The notes under the pieces: model-generated
Seen by the model: only the letters and a program-made list of their open reading frames with translations
What the model was told of the DNA's origin: nothing
Database searches by the model: none
In this document: in pieces, positions 46,501-55,294 of the stretch
Layout of the letters: each line of letters begins with the position of its first letter
How positions within the stretch are numbered: the stretch's first letter is position 1
Assembly (NCBI GenBank): GCA_001791325.1
Contig: MGEK01000039.1
Span: 1,175-65,174 of the forward strand
Direction of reading: 5' to 3'
DNA length: 64,000 nt
From: Candidatus Uhrbacteria bacterium RIFCSPLOWO2_01_FULL_47_25
Lineage (GTDB): Bacteria; Patescibacteriota; Patescibacteriia; GWA2-46-9
Position numbers and translations under genes: made by a program

Positions 46501-47458
46501 CCGCGCCAGCTGGGGGGGAGATGCGGCAGGGGTGGTTGTGGGTTTCTGCCGTCAACGTGTCATCAAGGTCGCGCGTAACAATAACCCATGAGCTTGGCTC
46601 GCCCGGTTTTTCCGGAATGAGCATTTCGGTCAAGCCACCCCGAATGGCAGAACTATCACAGTCGAAGGCCACGGTTGAGTTGCTTCGATGAAGTATTAGC
46701 GGATCCTTGATGATTTGCATCAGGGTTTGTAGAAGTAGCCGGCCGTTGCGTGTTCTCTTACCTTTGTAGTAACCGTGCCTTGAGTGTTCCGAAATCAATT
46801 GAGCCACGATCATTAAAAAGGCGTCGGTTGGATTCTCGTCGCGCTCCAACGACAGTTCAAATGCCAGGGCTTCGTCGTACTCGTCCCACTTGATGCCCCA
46901 GTCTCTTTCGAACTCGCGTAGTGCTTCTACACCACGTTCGCGCACCGCATACACTTTGGTGGCTTGTCGAACTAAGCCATGGTCGAAGCTCTTGAGCGGT
47001 TCACGATACGGCATTTCCAACATGGGATCGTACAAGGCGGCGGCAAAACGTTCGGCTGTCTCCGGATCAAGTGCTCGGTTCAAGGCGAACCGATGCGAGA
47101 GCTCAACGCGATGAATTTTGCCAAGTCCGCAGCGCTGACAGATCCTGACGGCTTGACTTGAGTAGGGCGTATCGAAGTTTAGTCTGGGACCAAACTCGAA
47201 TACCCAAGGGAAGCTGGACAGCCAGCTCGTATCCGGCGTTCGAGCAATTTCTCTAAACAGACGGACGGGCAGTTTAGTGAAAGCGAGTACTTCCTCTGTT
47301 GTCAACGCCTCCGTCGCTCCAATGTTGAAACATGACTCGGTGTGTATTACTTCCTCCTGGAGGCCTGCAGCTTCAAGGGCTAGGGTCAGGACTTGTACGG
47401 GGAACTCAGCGGGATAGGCGTAAAGATGATGCAGGGTGGTTATTGTCGAGATAGCCAT
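43550..47458 (-). CDS. purL: phosphoribosylformylglycinamidine synthase, large single-chain type (FGAM synthase)
   Basis: 1302 aa with AIRS-like repeats (AETHNHP core, DLGAGGLSN, GNESQES) and a C-terminal glutaminase domain (GVCNGAQ). Visibly GC-richer than the flanks. Confidence 0.9.
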   Translation of the reverse strand: MAISTITTLHHLYAYPAEFPVQVLTLALEAAGLQEEVIHTESCFNIGATEALTTEEVLAFTKLPVRLFREIARTPDTSWLSSFPWVFEFGPRLNFDTPYSSQAVRICQRCGLGKIHRVELSHRFALNRALDPETAERFAAALYDPMLEMPYREPLKSFDHGLVRQATKVYAVRERGVEALREFERDWGIKWDEYDEALAFELSLERDENPTDAFLMIVAQLISEHSRHGYYKGKRTRNGRLLLQTLMQIIKDPLILHRSNSTVAFDCDSSAIRGGLTEMLIPEKPGEPSSWVIVTRDLDDTLTAETHNHPCRISPPAGADTGVGGRQADNYVTRRGADLGVAGAGYCTGNLCIPGHLQPWEKDGWSSRPGYPTPLQIMLGASHGTRRYGNASGEALTYGFVRTLFVVTPDGQAWGWEKPILFTVGAGVMNHEDVAPVEPQAGMLVGYVGGPRFRLGIGGGTASSSAIGYDVDMAILLRSVQRGDALMRRCFGNFFRTCFWLGRRNPVQKSSDLGAGGLSNGPPEIVYPAGAVFDLDQVPWGDDTLSDVERVGNESQESAVMLAWPTDWPLIQAICQREHLPCAVIGTVTGDGRLVMKSRGQVIVNAPLEPMLGTERQKTFVLTPKKERRQPLSMPPEETIRESLDLVFGLLSVCSKRWTTIEGDRSVGGLVAQQQDVGPYQAPIADCSIKAASHFSLRGTAHSIGEQPLSSLISPGASVRLAAAEAILNLGGVKIIGLGDVKCSLNAMLATKLPGEGIWLEEAMQALRQFLAEFQGCEPDGGKDSSAMFDLRVNPDGQLQEVRAPREIVISTNAPVPDITVKVTPDLKEAGRELLWLECNPHQHRLGGSALAQGHGQIGDECPDVKAADLKHLFEAAQELVDLGLISAYHDTAGDGSLVTALEMAFAANLGLDLDFRSQHEARATLFAQEPGAIVECVRIDAVQEVLHRHGVTAQTIGHSLSTPEIKVSVNGSIVLDEQMVDLRAKWEELSSIIDKMKANSACVDAESRARRKMLTSPPYKLTFTPKPTPTAILTAKSKIRIAMLREEGTRGEPEMAAAFYDGGFDPVDVATDDLERGKITLHGFRGRVLPGGWSFRDVFGAGQGWAAVMKGPALADQYLEFCSRPDTFTFGVCNGAQVDASLGLTLGHLFPEEKLPWFTENVSGRFECRFVTLGFRKSPAIMLRGMEGSIFGAWVAHKEGRLTFPDPEVLQFVLTNDLAPIFYVGPDGEPTEEYPFNPNGSPGGITALCSPDGRKFFMMPHAVDRGFRMWQGAYVSSEWTWLEVSPYLQMVQNARTWCEQW

Positions 47459-47583
47459 GTTGTCTGTCTCCTCTCTTTCGTTTTGGTTTCTGGTTTACGT
47501 TATAAAAATGTTAAGGCGCGAGCCTTGTCTACTGGGTTTTCCGGTTTACAGCACGCCTACTTTACTATTTTTTAAAGAAAATT

Positions 47584-47660
47584 ACAACCTCAAATCCAAA
47601 ATAGCTTATCTAACACTTTCCAAAATGCCCCATAGTAAAAATGTTGAACCCACCTCTCAA
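47584..47660. repeat. direct repeat R1 (~75% identical to 48257-48332), promoter-like region upstream of purL
   Basis: ACAACCTCAAATCCAAAATAGCTTATCTAACACTTTCCAAAATGCCCCATAGTAAAAATGTTGAACCCACC aligns with ACAACCCCAAATCTAAAATAGTTTATCCAGCACCTTCCCAAATACCCGATGGTGAAAATGTTGAATCCACT. Confidence 0.5.
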
Positions 47661-47682
47661 TACATCTCTCGTCTCTATATCA

Positions 47683-47704
47683 CCATACTAGTATACTAGT
47701 ATGG
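47683..47704. repeat. 22-bp perfect palindrome CCATACTAGTATACTAGTATGG upstream of purL
   Basis: Related to the CATACTATATAGTATG palindrome family at 42286 and 63955. Confidence 0.4.
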
Positions 47705-47843
47705 TAGTAGATAATGCAACCAGCTCTAAATATCAAACAGGACGACATTAACCAGCCAAGCGTATAATTTCAACGCTCAACGGCAACGTCGTCCTATTAC
47801 TCCCCTCCCATCTCCTCCACGTTATGGGAAAAACTCTCCCATC

Positions 47844-48149
47844 TTACCCGACGAGGCCGACCGCCGCCCGGCTTGGCCCAGCGCACGGAATCCGAAGCTC
47901 GACCAAACGATTGGCCAAACCATCAGCCAATGGTTTCTCTGGGCCAACCACCACGAGATCGGGCCCCAGACTAGCTGCCAGTGCTATCAAACCGACTACG
48001 TCAGATGCCTCGACTGGATAGAGCACGGCATTCCGCGCGATACCGGGGTTGCCAGGAGCCCAGTAGAGTTCTCCACAATTCGACGAACTCACAATCGCTA
48101 GCGCCATCGCAGCCTCACGTCCACCGCCACCAATTCCTAACACTTTCAT
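47844..48149 (-). pseudogene. purD: truncated phosphoribosylamine--glycine ligase (purD) N-terminal fragment
   Basis: The 101 aa MKVLGIGGGGREAAMALA...APGNPG...DLVVVGPEKPLADGLANRL...PCAGPS match the PurD N-domain. A stop follows where ~320 aa of ATP-grasp domain should be, and the fragment is GC-rich. Confidence 0.65.
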
Positions 48150-48256
48150 TAGTCTCTCCTTTTTTCTTTTGCTGTATGTGGTTGTGACTGTTCATTCCAA
48201 ACTGAAAGAAATACTAAATCAGAACGGCAATACTTTATCACCCCGACACGATATTG

Positions 48257-48332
48257 ACAACCCCAAATCTAAAATAGTTTATCCAGCACCTTCCCAAATA
48301 CCCGATGGTGAAAATGTTGAATCCACTAAATT
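48257..48332. repeat. direct repeat R2 (partner of 47584-47660), upstream of the purD remnant
   Basis: See R1; each copy lies ~100 nt upstream of an RBS+ATG (AAGGAGAG-ATG for the purD remnant, GAGGAGACAGA-ATG for purL). Confidence 0.5.
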
Positions 48333-48334
48333 GT

Positions 48335-48799
48335 TTAATTAATTGTTCTTGAATTTTCCACCGATGTCCTAATGCGTTCGGCAATTTTCAACGCCTCGCC
48401 CTCACCATACTTTCGATGACCCCATGATTTATAACCGTCACCGCTCAAACGAGGAATCACGTGAAAATGCATATGCGGCACAATTTGCCCCGCCGCCGCT
48501 CCGTTATTGACGCCTATATTAAAACCATCGGCGCCAACGGCCCACATAATGGCTTTAGCAATCTTGGGCAAGACCTTGACCACGACGATCAAAGAACTCT
48601 CGGTAGTATCAAGGAAGTCGCTGGAATGTGTTTTTGGTATCACTAAAGTATGGCCAGGATTAACCGGCGCAATATCCAAGAAAGCCAGAACATGTTCATC
48701 TTCGTACACTTTTTCGGACGGTATCTCCCCGGCTATAATTTTGCAAAAAATGCAATCGCTCATATTACCTCTAATTTTAAAATCACAAAATGAAGGCAA
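48335..48799 (-). CDS. HIT family (histidine triad) nucleotide hydrolase
   Basis: HTLVIPKTH and the HxHxHxx triad HMHFHVIPR. Confidence 0.85.
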   Translation of the reverse strand: MPSFCDFKIRGNMSDCIFCKIIAGEIPSEKVYEDEHVLAFLDIAPVNPGHTLVIPKTHSSDFLDTTESSLIVVVKVLPKIAKAIMWAVGADGFNIGVNNGAAAGQIVPHMHFHVIPRLSGDGYKSWGHRKYGEGEALKIAERIRTSVENSRTIN

Positions 48800-49127
48800 A
48801 AAACAGCATGGCCGCGAAACTAACTATCCCTAAAATAAATCTCTCCAACGGCGCGACCGCAGAAATTGTCATTATTATAACACTGATAAGAAGCGCCGCC
48901 AATATAAACAGCGAGCGCGGCAAACGATGGTTAGACTGACCATTAGCTAACGCCAAAATCAAACTCAAACCAATGCTTATAATAAACAGCAAAAAAATAT
49001 TTATGGCCGAGCTGATTGACCCCGGGCGAACAAGTTCAATCAAAACAAAGCTAAGGGTCGTTAAAAATAACGCGGCAAAAACGTCATTAACGATTTCTTT
49101 CCAAGAATAATTATGGCTGTCTAACAT
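48783..49127 (-). CDS. hypothetical small membrane protein
   Basis: Three hydrophobic helices; no family. Confidence 0.35.
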   Translation of the reverse strand: MLDSHNYSWKEIVNDVFAALFLTTLSFVLIELVRPGSISSAINIFLLFIISIGLSLILALANGQSNHRLPRSLFILAALLISVIIMTISAVAPLERFILGIVSFAAMLFFAFIL

Positions 49128-49854
49128 ACTGGATGAAACGTTCCGCCTTGCGCCCGATGATGCCCCTCAAATCTGCCAACTGCAAGGGTTGATCAATCAG
49201 TGTTACTTCAACACGCCTAACCTCCAACATGATTCCTTGGTCATTTACAGTCGGAGCAGAAATCATAAAACGCAGACTGCCGTCTTCAACCGCAGCTCCC
49301 GCCAATCTAAATATGACCTCGCCAGCCGTCCAGTTATCAGCCATGGAAATGGTTGATAGTGATTGTAAATCATAAGACCAATTACCGATTTGTCCGATTT
49401 TTAAACCCAGGCGCGGCGAAGGACCATTAGTCTGATACAGCAATCGCACTCTTGCCTGCTCCATTCGGCGCGGCAACCTAACGTCAAAATACACGGGCTC
49501 GGCGTTGACTTGCCGTTTCCACACGCCCTCAATCGCCACTGGCTCGCCTAAACGACCCAAAGGATACAACGATGAAATATAAGGGTGATAATGCTTAAGA
49601 TCGTTCGCCACAAACAATTGTCCATTCGGAGCAAAATCGCGCCATATTAACCAAGCTACGACTGCGACTGGCGTGAGCACAAGTAAACCCCGCACCACGA
49701 TTTTAAACCAGTGGCCTTGGGGTATTGCTCTTTGGGTTTGATTTTCCAATTCATCCATGGTTTTATCTCTGCCCGCCGGCTGATGTGGCACCTCGGACGG
49801 ATGGCTTTCTGTGGTGCGGGGTAAACTTCTAATAACAATCTTTTTGGACAACAC
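49111..49854 (-). CDS. hypothetical membrane-anchored protein
   Basis: N-terminal TM after a proline-rich leader; no family recognised. Confidence 0.4.
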   Translation of the reverse strand: MLSKKIVIRSLPRTTESHPSEVPHQPAGRDKTMDELENQTQRAIPQGHWFKIVVRGLLVLTPVAVVAWLIWRDFAPNGQLFVANDLKHYHPYISSLYPLGRLGEPVAIEGVWKRQVNAEPVYFDVRLPRRMEQARVRLLYQTNGPSPRLGLKIGQIGNWSYDLQSLSTISMADNWTAGEVIFRLAGAAVEDGSLRFMISAPTVNDQGIMLEVRRVEVTLIDQPLQLADLRGIIGRKAERFIQYVRQP

Positions 49855-49857
49855 AAT

Positions 49858-51450
49858 TTATAGGCGAATTAACCGATAGAGAAAGGCACCATCCGGCAGC
49901 ATTATCGGCGAGCGTAAATTAAATCGCCATTGTTGTAATTTCTGCCTAAGCTCTAAATTCGGCTGCTCAACCGTATAAAAATAAACCGGCACAACCTCAA
50001 CCAAGCGGACAACGGCCTCCAATACTGGCGGAATGGAAAAAACTGGACGGCCGTCTGAAATGATTACCCGACGTTCAGGGGAAAAAACTTTATCAGCGCG
50101 GTCGCCAATAATAACAGAGCTAGGAGCAACCACGCTCTCGGTAGTAATTATAGCGCGGCGGTATTTTTGCAAACGTTCAGCCACATAAGTCAAACCTTCC
50201 GGGTAGTCAAAAAATACTTGGGTAAAGCTTGCACCGGCCAAAAGTAAAATCACGACGGCGAGCCAAATCCGACCGGTAAGGCCTTTAAGATATCGCTGAA
50301 TGGCCAAAAGCGCTAAGGCGGCATAGGGCAGCCAGATAGCGTAAAGCGGCAACCAATAACGAACATAGGAAGAGCCTACTGTTATACCACCCGCCCCAAC
50401 CGTATCTGAAATATTCCAACTTCCGTAATAAATAGCCAGCCAAAGCGTCACCCAACCGGCCGCTAAAACATATGAACGATTAATCTTTTGGTCACGATTA
50501 TATAAAAATCCACCCACAACCAATAACCAAAAAGGTAAAAATAAAACTACCACATAACGCAAAAAATTACTGGCAATATTAAAGAGCGAAAAGCCAAACG
50601 GTACCACCACCCAAAGCGATGTCTTTATAAATAAAGGCAATTTAGAAGAAATTATGTTTTGTCCATTCGCCACTTGATAACCCAACGGCCAAACTTGACC
50701 GTAAACAGAGATGGCCAGCCAAAACCAAAATATGATTAACAGTCCGCCCGTAAGCAAAGCAGTAAATAAATGCGCCGGGCGTAACTCGCGACGATCAATG
50801 ATAATCGCGGCGCCAACAATAGGCAAAACCCATAAAGCTTCCGATGTGCGAACGAATAAAGCCGCGGCCAAAGCAAACAAACAAAATACCAACCATCCTT
50901 GAGGCCACTTAGATTCTCGCCAGCGCCAATATCCCCACCAAGTAAAAATAAGAAAATCAAAAAAAAGCGCGTTATGATAAAAACCGCGACTGGCGTAATA
51001 CCACACAGCCGGATGAATGGCCAAAAGAGTAGTCGCCAATAATGCCGTCGCCGACCCAAATAATCGCCGCCAGCACGCATAAGCCGCCAAGAGCGCCAAG
51101 ACTGTAAATAATGGCGTTAGAAACGACAATATGGCGCGGCCAAAAGCTAGGCCGATAATACCGTAAATAATAGGCAGTCCGATAAAACTAACCGGCACGA
51201 TAGCGCCGTTAACCACCCTTGTTGAACGAGGATGAATAAGGTTATTTGCCAAACCGTTTAAGGGTTCAGGAACAGCTATTGGTTGAGCGTTGATAATGCG
51301 TGTTGTAAAAAAATAATTGGCCGCTTCGTCGGGGGAGTTAAAGCGTATTATCTCCCTAGTTGTTGTCGCCCAGGGGAAAAAAGAATAAGCCATAAACGCC
51401 GCGCCGGCAATAATTCCTAAAATAATTTTGTCACGTTTTGCCATCATCAT
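49858..51450 (-). CDS. polytopic membrane protein, GT39/ArnT-like (PMT_2-type) glycosyltransferase candidate
   Basis: 530 aa with >10 TM segments and the size/topology typical of dolichyl/undecaprenyl-phosphate sugar transferases. Confidence 0.45.
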   Translation of the reverse strand: MMMAKRDKIILGIIAGAAFMAYSFFPWATTTREIIRFNSPDEAANYFFTTRIINAQPIAVPEPLNGLANNLIHPRSTRVVNGAIVPVSFIGLPIIYGIIGLAFGRAILSFLTPLFTVLALLAAYACWRRLFGSATALLATTLLAIHPAVWYYASRGFYHNALFFDFLIFTWWGYWRWRESKWPQGWLVFCLFALAAALFVRTSEALWVLPIVGAAIIIDRRELRPAHLFTALLTGGLLIIFWFWLAISVYGQVWPLGYQVANGQNIISSKLPLFIKTSLWVVVPFGFSLFNIASNFLRYVVVLFLPFWLLVVGGFLYNRDQKINRSYVLAAGWVTLWLAIYYGSWNISDTVGAGGITVGSSYVRYWLPLYAIWLPYAALALLAIQRYLKGLTGRIWLAVVILLLAGASFTQVFFDYPEGLTYVAERLQKYRRAIITTESVVAPSSVIIGDRADKVFSPERRVIISDGRPVFSIPPVLEAVVRLVEVVPVYFYTVEQPNLELRQKLQQWRFNLRSPIMLPDGAFLYRLIRL

Positions 51451-51519
51451 ATTTGATTATACATTTTTTAATGCACCGAGAACTAGCAATAAATTAAATA
51501 ATACTGGTACAATGAAAAT

Positions 51520-53706
51520 ATGTATATAACTTTCGTCTTCTTGGCCTTGGGGCTAAGCGGTTTTATCGCGATAAACCATTTCTTTTGGCAATCAGCGATT
51601 CTGGGGGCAGTGCTTGGCTCATGCTACTTAGTTGGAGGTGGGTGGTATTTAGGCAAACAAATAATATCCACTCAATCAATAATCATTAAAACAATAGCGG
51701 GAGCCCTTCTCTGGGTCGCCTTTCTTGCTGGATTTAGCGGACTTGTCTATCGCTTATGGAATCTGGAATCCATCACTGTTATGGTGATCATTGCGCTAGC
51801 GCCGCTTATAGTAATCTCTTTAGCGTCCCTAAAACCCGCCCCACTAACTGCGCCCTCGCGGCCAGACAATGACAGTATAACACAGGAAATACCTGCGCCC
51901 GAAAGCGACCCCCACTCCACACTTAACGGGCCTAGCGCGTGGATCAATTACTTCTTAATCATCGCTGTAGTTGCCATTTTAACAATTACTGTAGCGCTTC
52001 TTTTTATATCCCAAACTAATGAAGCTCTGCGCTCCCCTTGGACAATCGTGCCGCCAGCGTTTTTTCCACTAATTTTTCTTGCCAATCTTCTAGCGTTGGC
52101 CTTCGGCTTTGGCGCCATTATCAAACGCTCCTCATCCAACCATTGGATAATTCTCGTGCTGCTGACCGCCATTTCTTTAATCGTCGCTGTAATTATTTAC
52201 GAAGTCGGCTATGGCTTTGATCCATTTGTGCATCAAGCCACGGAATTACTAATTAAAAAGAATGGAATCGTTCTGCCAAGACAATGGTATTATTTGGGTC
52301 AATACGGTTTGGTGGTTAGTTTGTCCTATATCTTTCAAAATAATGTCATCTTCCTTGACAAACTACTCTTGCCCGTCATAGCCGCTATCACTCTGCCGAC
52401 AATTTTATTTTTATCATTAAGCAAATTATCTAACGATTGCAAAGTCGTTTTTTTGTCTAGTCTCGCTCTTTTAACCATACCCCTTAGGTGGTTTATCAAC
52501 ACGACACCGCAGGGTCTGGGCAATCTAGCGCTGTTAGCCATCATCTTCATTGGTTTTGCTTGGCCAAGCGATGAAAGGAGAAATATTAAATGGCTGCTCT
52601 GGGGGCTGGCATTCGTGGCCGCCACTATTCATCCTCTGGCTGGCCTGCCAGCTATAATATTTCTCACCCTAAGTGCTATTCTCAAAGAACGAAGAGCATA
52701 CTCACGATATTTAACCGCCGTTCTCCCCGTCGTTCTTGGCGCTATAATACCGTTGCTTTTCTGGATTCAAGAAAGAAAAAATTTGAACGCCATACCCGAT
52801 ATAATTTCGGTATTCAATCAAGGCGTCGTACCGATGTTCTCTGGCTGGATTTACTTTGAACAACGGTTCAACCTAATACTTGACGCTGTTTATCATTTTG
52901 AGTTCAATCTACCAATTATCATTCTGGTTCTTGCCGCCATAGGTATTATCTTAAGCTATCGCCCCAAACAATTGAGGGTGGCCTGGCCACACCTATTAAC
53001 AGCCGCCATTCTCGCTATTGACGGATTGATCCTCAATAATTTTTTGTCCTTTCGTTATCTCATTGACTACGAGAGAACGTGGTATGGCAACCGTCTTTGG
53101 GAAATGGCTATGTTTTTTCTTCTGCCCTACGCCGCCCTTGCTTTAATCGCATTTTTCAATAAGCTTTTGAAAGCTTCGCCCATGGTAATAATATTTTGGG
53201 CGCTCGTTCTAGCAACTCTCCGCACGGCTAGCGTCTATCTCACCTATCCGCGTTTTGACGGCTACGCTTATGATCGCGGATATAGCCCCAGCGTTCACGA
53301 CATTAAGGCCGTCCGCGCCATAGAAAACAAAGCCAAAGAGCCATATATAGTGCTGGCCAATCAGGCGACAAGCGCCGCGGCCTTGCGAGAACTTGGCTTC
53401 AAGAAATATTTCACGAGACGTGACGCGGAAAGCGCGGAACAAATATTTTTTTATCCAATCCCCACGGGCGGCAGTCTTTATCAATACTATTTAAAAATGG
53501 TATATGAGGAACCAAGCCGTAAAAATGTAGAAGTAGCCATGAATATGGTCGGCGTTAAGGAAGCGTATTTTGTTCTTAACGATTATTGGACTGATTCGCA
53601 AAAGATCGCGGTCTCGGCAAAGCAGGAAGCCGACAGCTGGGAAATTATTGATGGCGGAAAAATTTACATCTTCAAATACCAGCGGTCAAATTCAACATCT
53701 GACTAA
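51520..53706 (+). CDS. large polytopic membrane protein (glycan-assembly associated; unassigned)
   Basis: 728 aa, many TM segments plus a C-terminal soluble domain; lies within the glycosyltransferase cluster. Confidence 0.45.
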   Translation: MYITFVFLALGLSGFIAINHFFWQSAILGAVLGSCYLVGGGWYLGKQIISTQSIIIKTIAGALLWVAFLAGFSGLVYRLWNLESITVMVIIALAPLIVISLASLKPAPLTAPSRPDNDSITQEIPAPESDPHSTLNGPSAWINYFLIIAVVAILTITVALLFISQTNEALRSPWTIVPPAFFPLIFLANLLALAFGFGAIIKRSSSNHWIILVLLTAISLIVAVIIYEVGYGFDPFVHQATELLIKKNGIVLPRQWYYLGQYGLVVSLSYIFQNNVIFLDKLLLPVIAAITLPTILFLSLSKLSNDCKVVFLSSLALLTIPLRWFINTTPQGLGNLALLAIIFIGFAWPSDERRNIKWLLWGLAFVAATIHPLAGLPAIIFLTLSAILKERRAYSRYLTAVLPVVLGAIIPLLFWIQERKNLNAIPDIISVFNQGVVPMFSGWIYFEQRFNLILDAVYHFEFNLPIIILVLAAIGIILSYRPKQLRVAWPHLLTAAILAIDGLILNNFLSFRYLIDYERTWYGNRLWEMAMFFLLPYAALALIAFFNKLLKASPMVIIFWALVLATLRTASVYLTYPRFDGYAYDRGYSPSVHDIKAVRAIENKAKEPYIVLANQATSAAALRELGFKKYFTRRDAESAEQIFFYPIPTGGSLYQYYLKMVYEEPSRKNVEVAMNMVGVKEAYFVLNDYWTDSQKIAVSAKQEADSWEIIDGGKIYIFKYQRSNSTSD

Positions 53707-53840
53707 AAACTTATACCATCTCTAATTAACCGCTTCGCAATGGATACACGCTAACCCAAGATTTTGAGCCAAAAAATACAGGGTTAAGAGAAAGAGATCG
53801 TTTAAAGATGGTATTACTTAACAATTTAATCATAAAAATT

Positions 53841-53882
53841 TATATATACAAATTGTGACGATCGTCACGTTTTGTATATATG
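53841..53882. terminator. imperfect ~40-bp palindrome (TATATATACAAATTGTGACGATCGTCACGTTTTGTATATA) between convergent genes
   Basis: Contains the perfect 14-bp core GTGACGATCGTCAC and lies between the convergent 51520..53706 (+) and 54008..55240 (-); a bidirectional terminator candidate. Confidence 0.3.
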
Positions 53883-54007
53883 AAAAAATATCCATGATCT
53901 ACTACTTACAAGCAAAATCAATGGTATGGACCCCCAGGCAATCCTCGGATCCCGTTTTCTAAGCGGTATCCCCGCGGCAAGCCGCGGGGTATAACGGTTA
54001 ATAACGG

Positions 54008-55240
54008 TTAATTAATTAATGATTGATATACTTTCATTACCTCATCATGATATTGCTCTGTTGAAAAAATTGGAGCGGATTTTCGAGCTCCCTCTTGAAG
54101 CTGTCGGTAATCCACCGATACCGCCTCCTCCATAGCGGCCAGCAGCGCCGAGAGATCGGCTGGCGTAAACAGGAAACCGTTAACGCCACTCTTGATTAAT
54201 TCGGGGATTCCCCCTATTCGAGAAGCAATTACCGGCACGCCGGCTACAAAACTTTCACCGATACTGGTTGGAGAATTTTCATAAGCTAGGCTTGGTAATA
54301 CTAAATAATGAACGGCGGATAATATTTCATCTTTTTGCACAACGTCAACAAAACCGACATAGCGCACATTGCGGAGAGTTTTGGCGGCTTTTTCTACCTC
54401 TAATTTCAGACTGCCATCACCAGCAATAACCAATTCAGCGTCTTTGTGCGTAGCTGAAAATTTTTTCCAAACCTCAAGCAATAGCCGTACACCCTTGTAT
54501 ACTTCCATCTGACCTAAATATAAAAAATTAAAAGGCGGAGGAGGTTGCTTAGTTGACAATGAAACTATTTCAGAAATTACTGGATTGCGAATAATAGCAG
54601 TTTTTGACTTTGGGAAAAAGCCTTTGTCTTGATATTCCTTTAGCAAAAATTCAGAAGGTGAAATGATAACATCTGGCGAGCCGAATAACCAAGCGTTAAG
54701 ACGAGCATAAACGCTAACGAGTAGCATTTTTTGCGTAAACGAATTCTCTTGCCCGTATATTTTAAGGCCGGTTGGATGCAGAGCGCCAAGATCGTGAACA
54801 GTATGAAACCAAAGAGGTCTATGTGTTTTATTTTTGCTATGCTGAATCGCCGCCGGAACTGTATAGCCTAATCCTTTAAGATTATGAGTTAAAATCAAAT
54901 CTGGTTTCTCGCGCTTCAAAATACTACGCACTACAAAATAGGTATGCAAATTAAACATATCCAACCCGTGCCACAATAATCTGACTATGGCGTTATGTTT
55001 AGAAATGTTGAAAATTGCAAAGAGATTGATGGGCGCAAAGCGAAATACCCTCAAAGAACGGCTTTTGCCCCTTGTCAAATTGCCCCACCGCCCCCAGATG
55101 CTGTGCCAGCCACCAAATGGCTCCGCGCTAATAGCAAAGACTTCGTGTTCAGAAAAAGCCTGCATAGAAACAAAAGCCACGCTTTCGGCTCCACCGCGAC
55201 TATAGGGCGGCAAAATAGCGCTAATGACACAAATCTTCAT
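54008..55240 (-). CDS. glycosyltransferase family 4 (GT-B, 'glycos_transf_1')
   Basis: 410 aa with the C-terminal EX7E-type GT4 region (GFVDVVQKDEILSAVHYLVLPS...E). Confidence 0.75.
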   Translation of the reverse strand: MKICVISAILPPYSRGGAESVAFVSMQAFSEHEVFAISAEPFGGWHSIWGRWGNLTRGKSRSLRVFRFAPINLFAIFNISKHNAIVRLLWHGLDMFNLHTYFVVRSILKREKPDLILTHNLKGLGYTVPAAIQHSKNKTHRPLWFHTVHDLGALHPTGLKIYGQENSFTQKMLLVSVYARLNAWLFGSPDVIISPSEFLLKEYQDKGFFPKSKTAIIRNPVISEIVSLSTKQPPPPFNFLYLGQMEVYKGVRLLLEVWKKFSATHKDAELVIAGDGSLKLEVEKAAKTLRNVRYVGFVDVVQKDEILSAVHYLVLPSLAYENSPTSIGESFVAGVPVIASRIGGIPELIKSGVNGFLFTPADLSALLAAMEEAVSVDYRQLQEGARKSAPIFSTEQYHDEVMKVYQSLIN

Positions 55241-55294
55241 ATCAACAGAATAATTTCTAAATTCTAAGCACTAAATTAGCTGAATAAAGAATAA

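Noticed and set aside
43770-47161. Numerous 60-290-aa plus-strand ORFs inside purL (e.g. 45186..46055, 45416..45907, 46139..46591), and similar overlapping ORFs inside secA (3381..3949, 4068..4346).
   Set aside because: These are typical antisense or alternate-frame open frames in GC-rich coding DNA, fully contained within well-supported long genes, with Arg/Ala/Pro-rich low-complexity translations.
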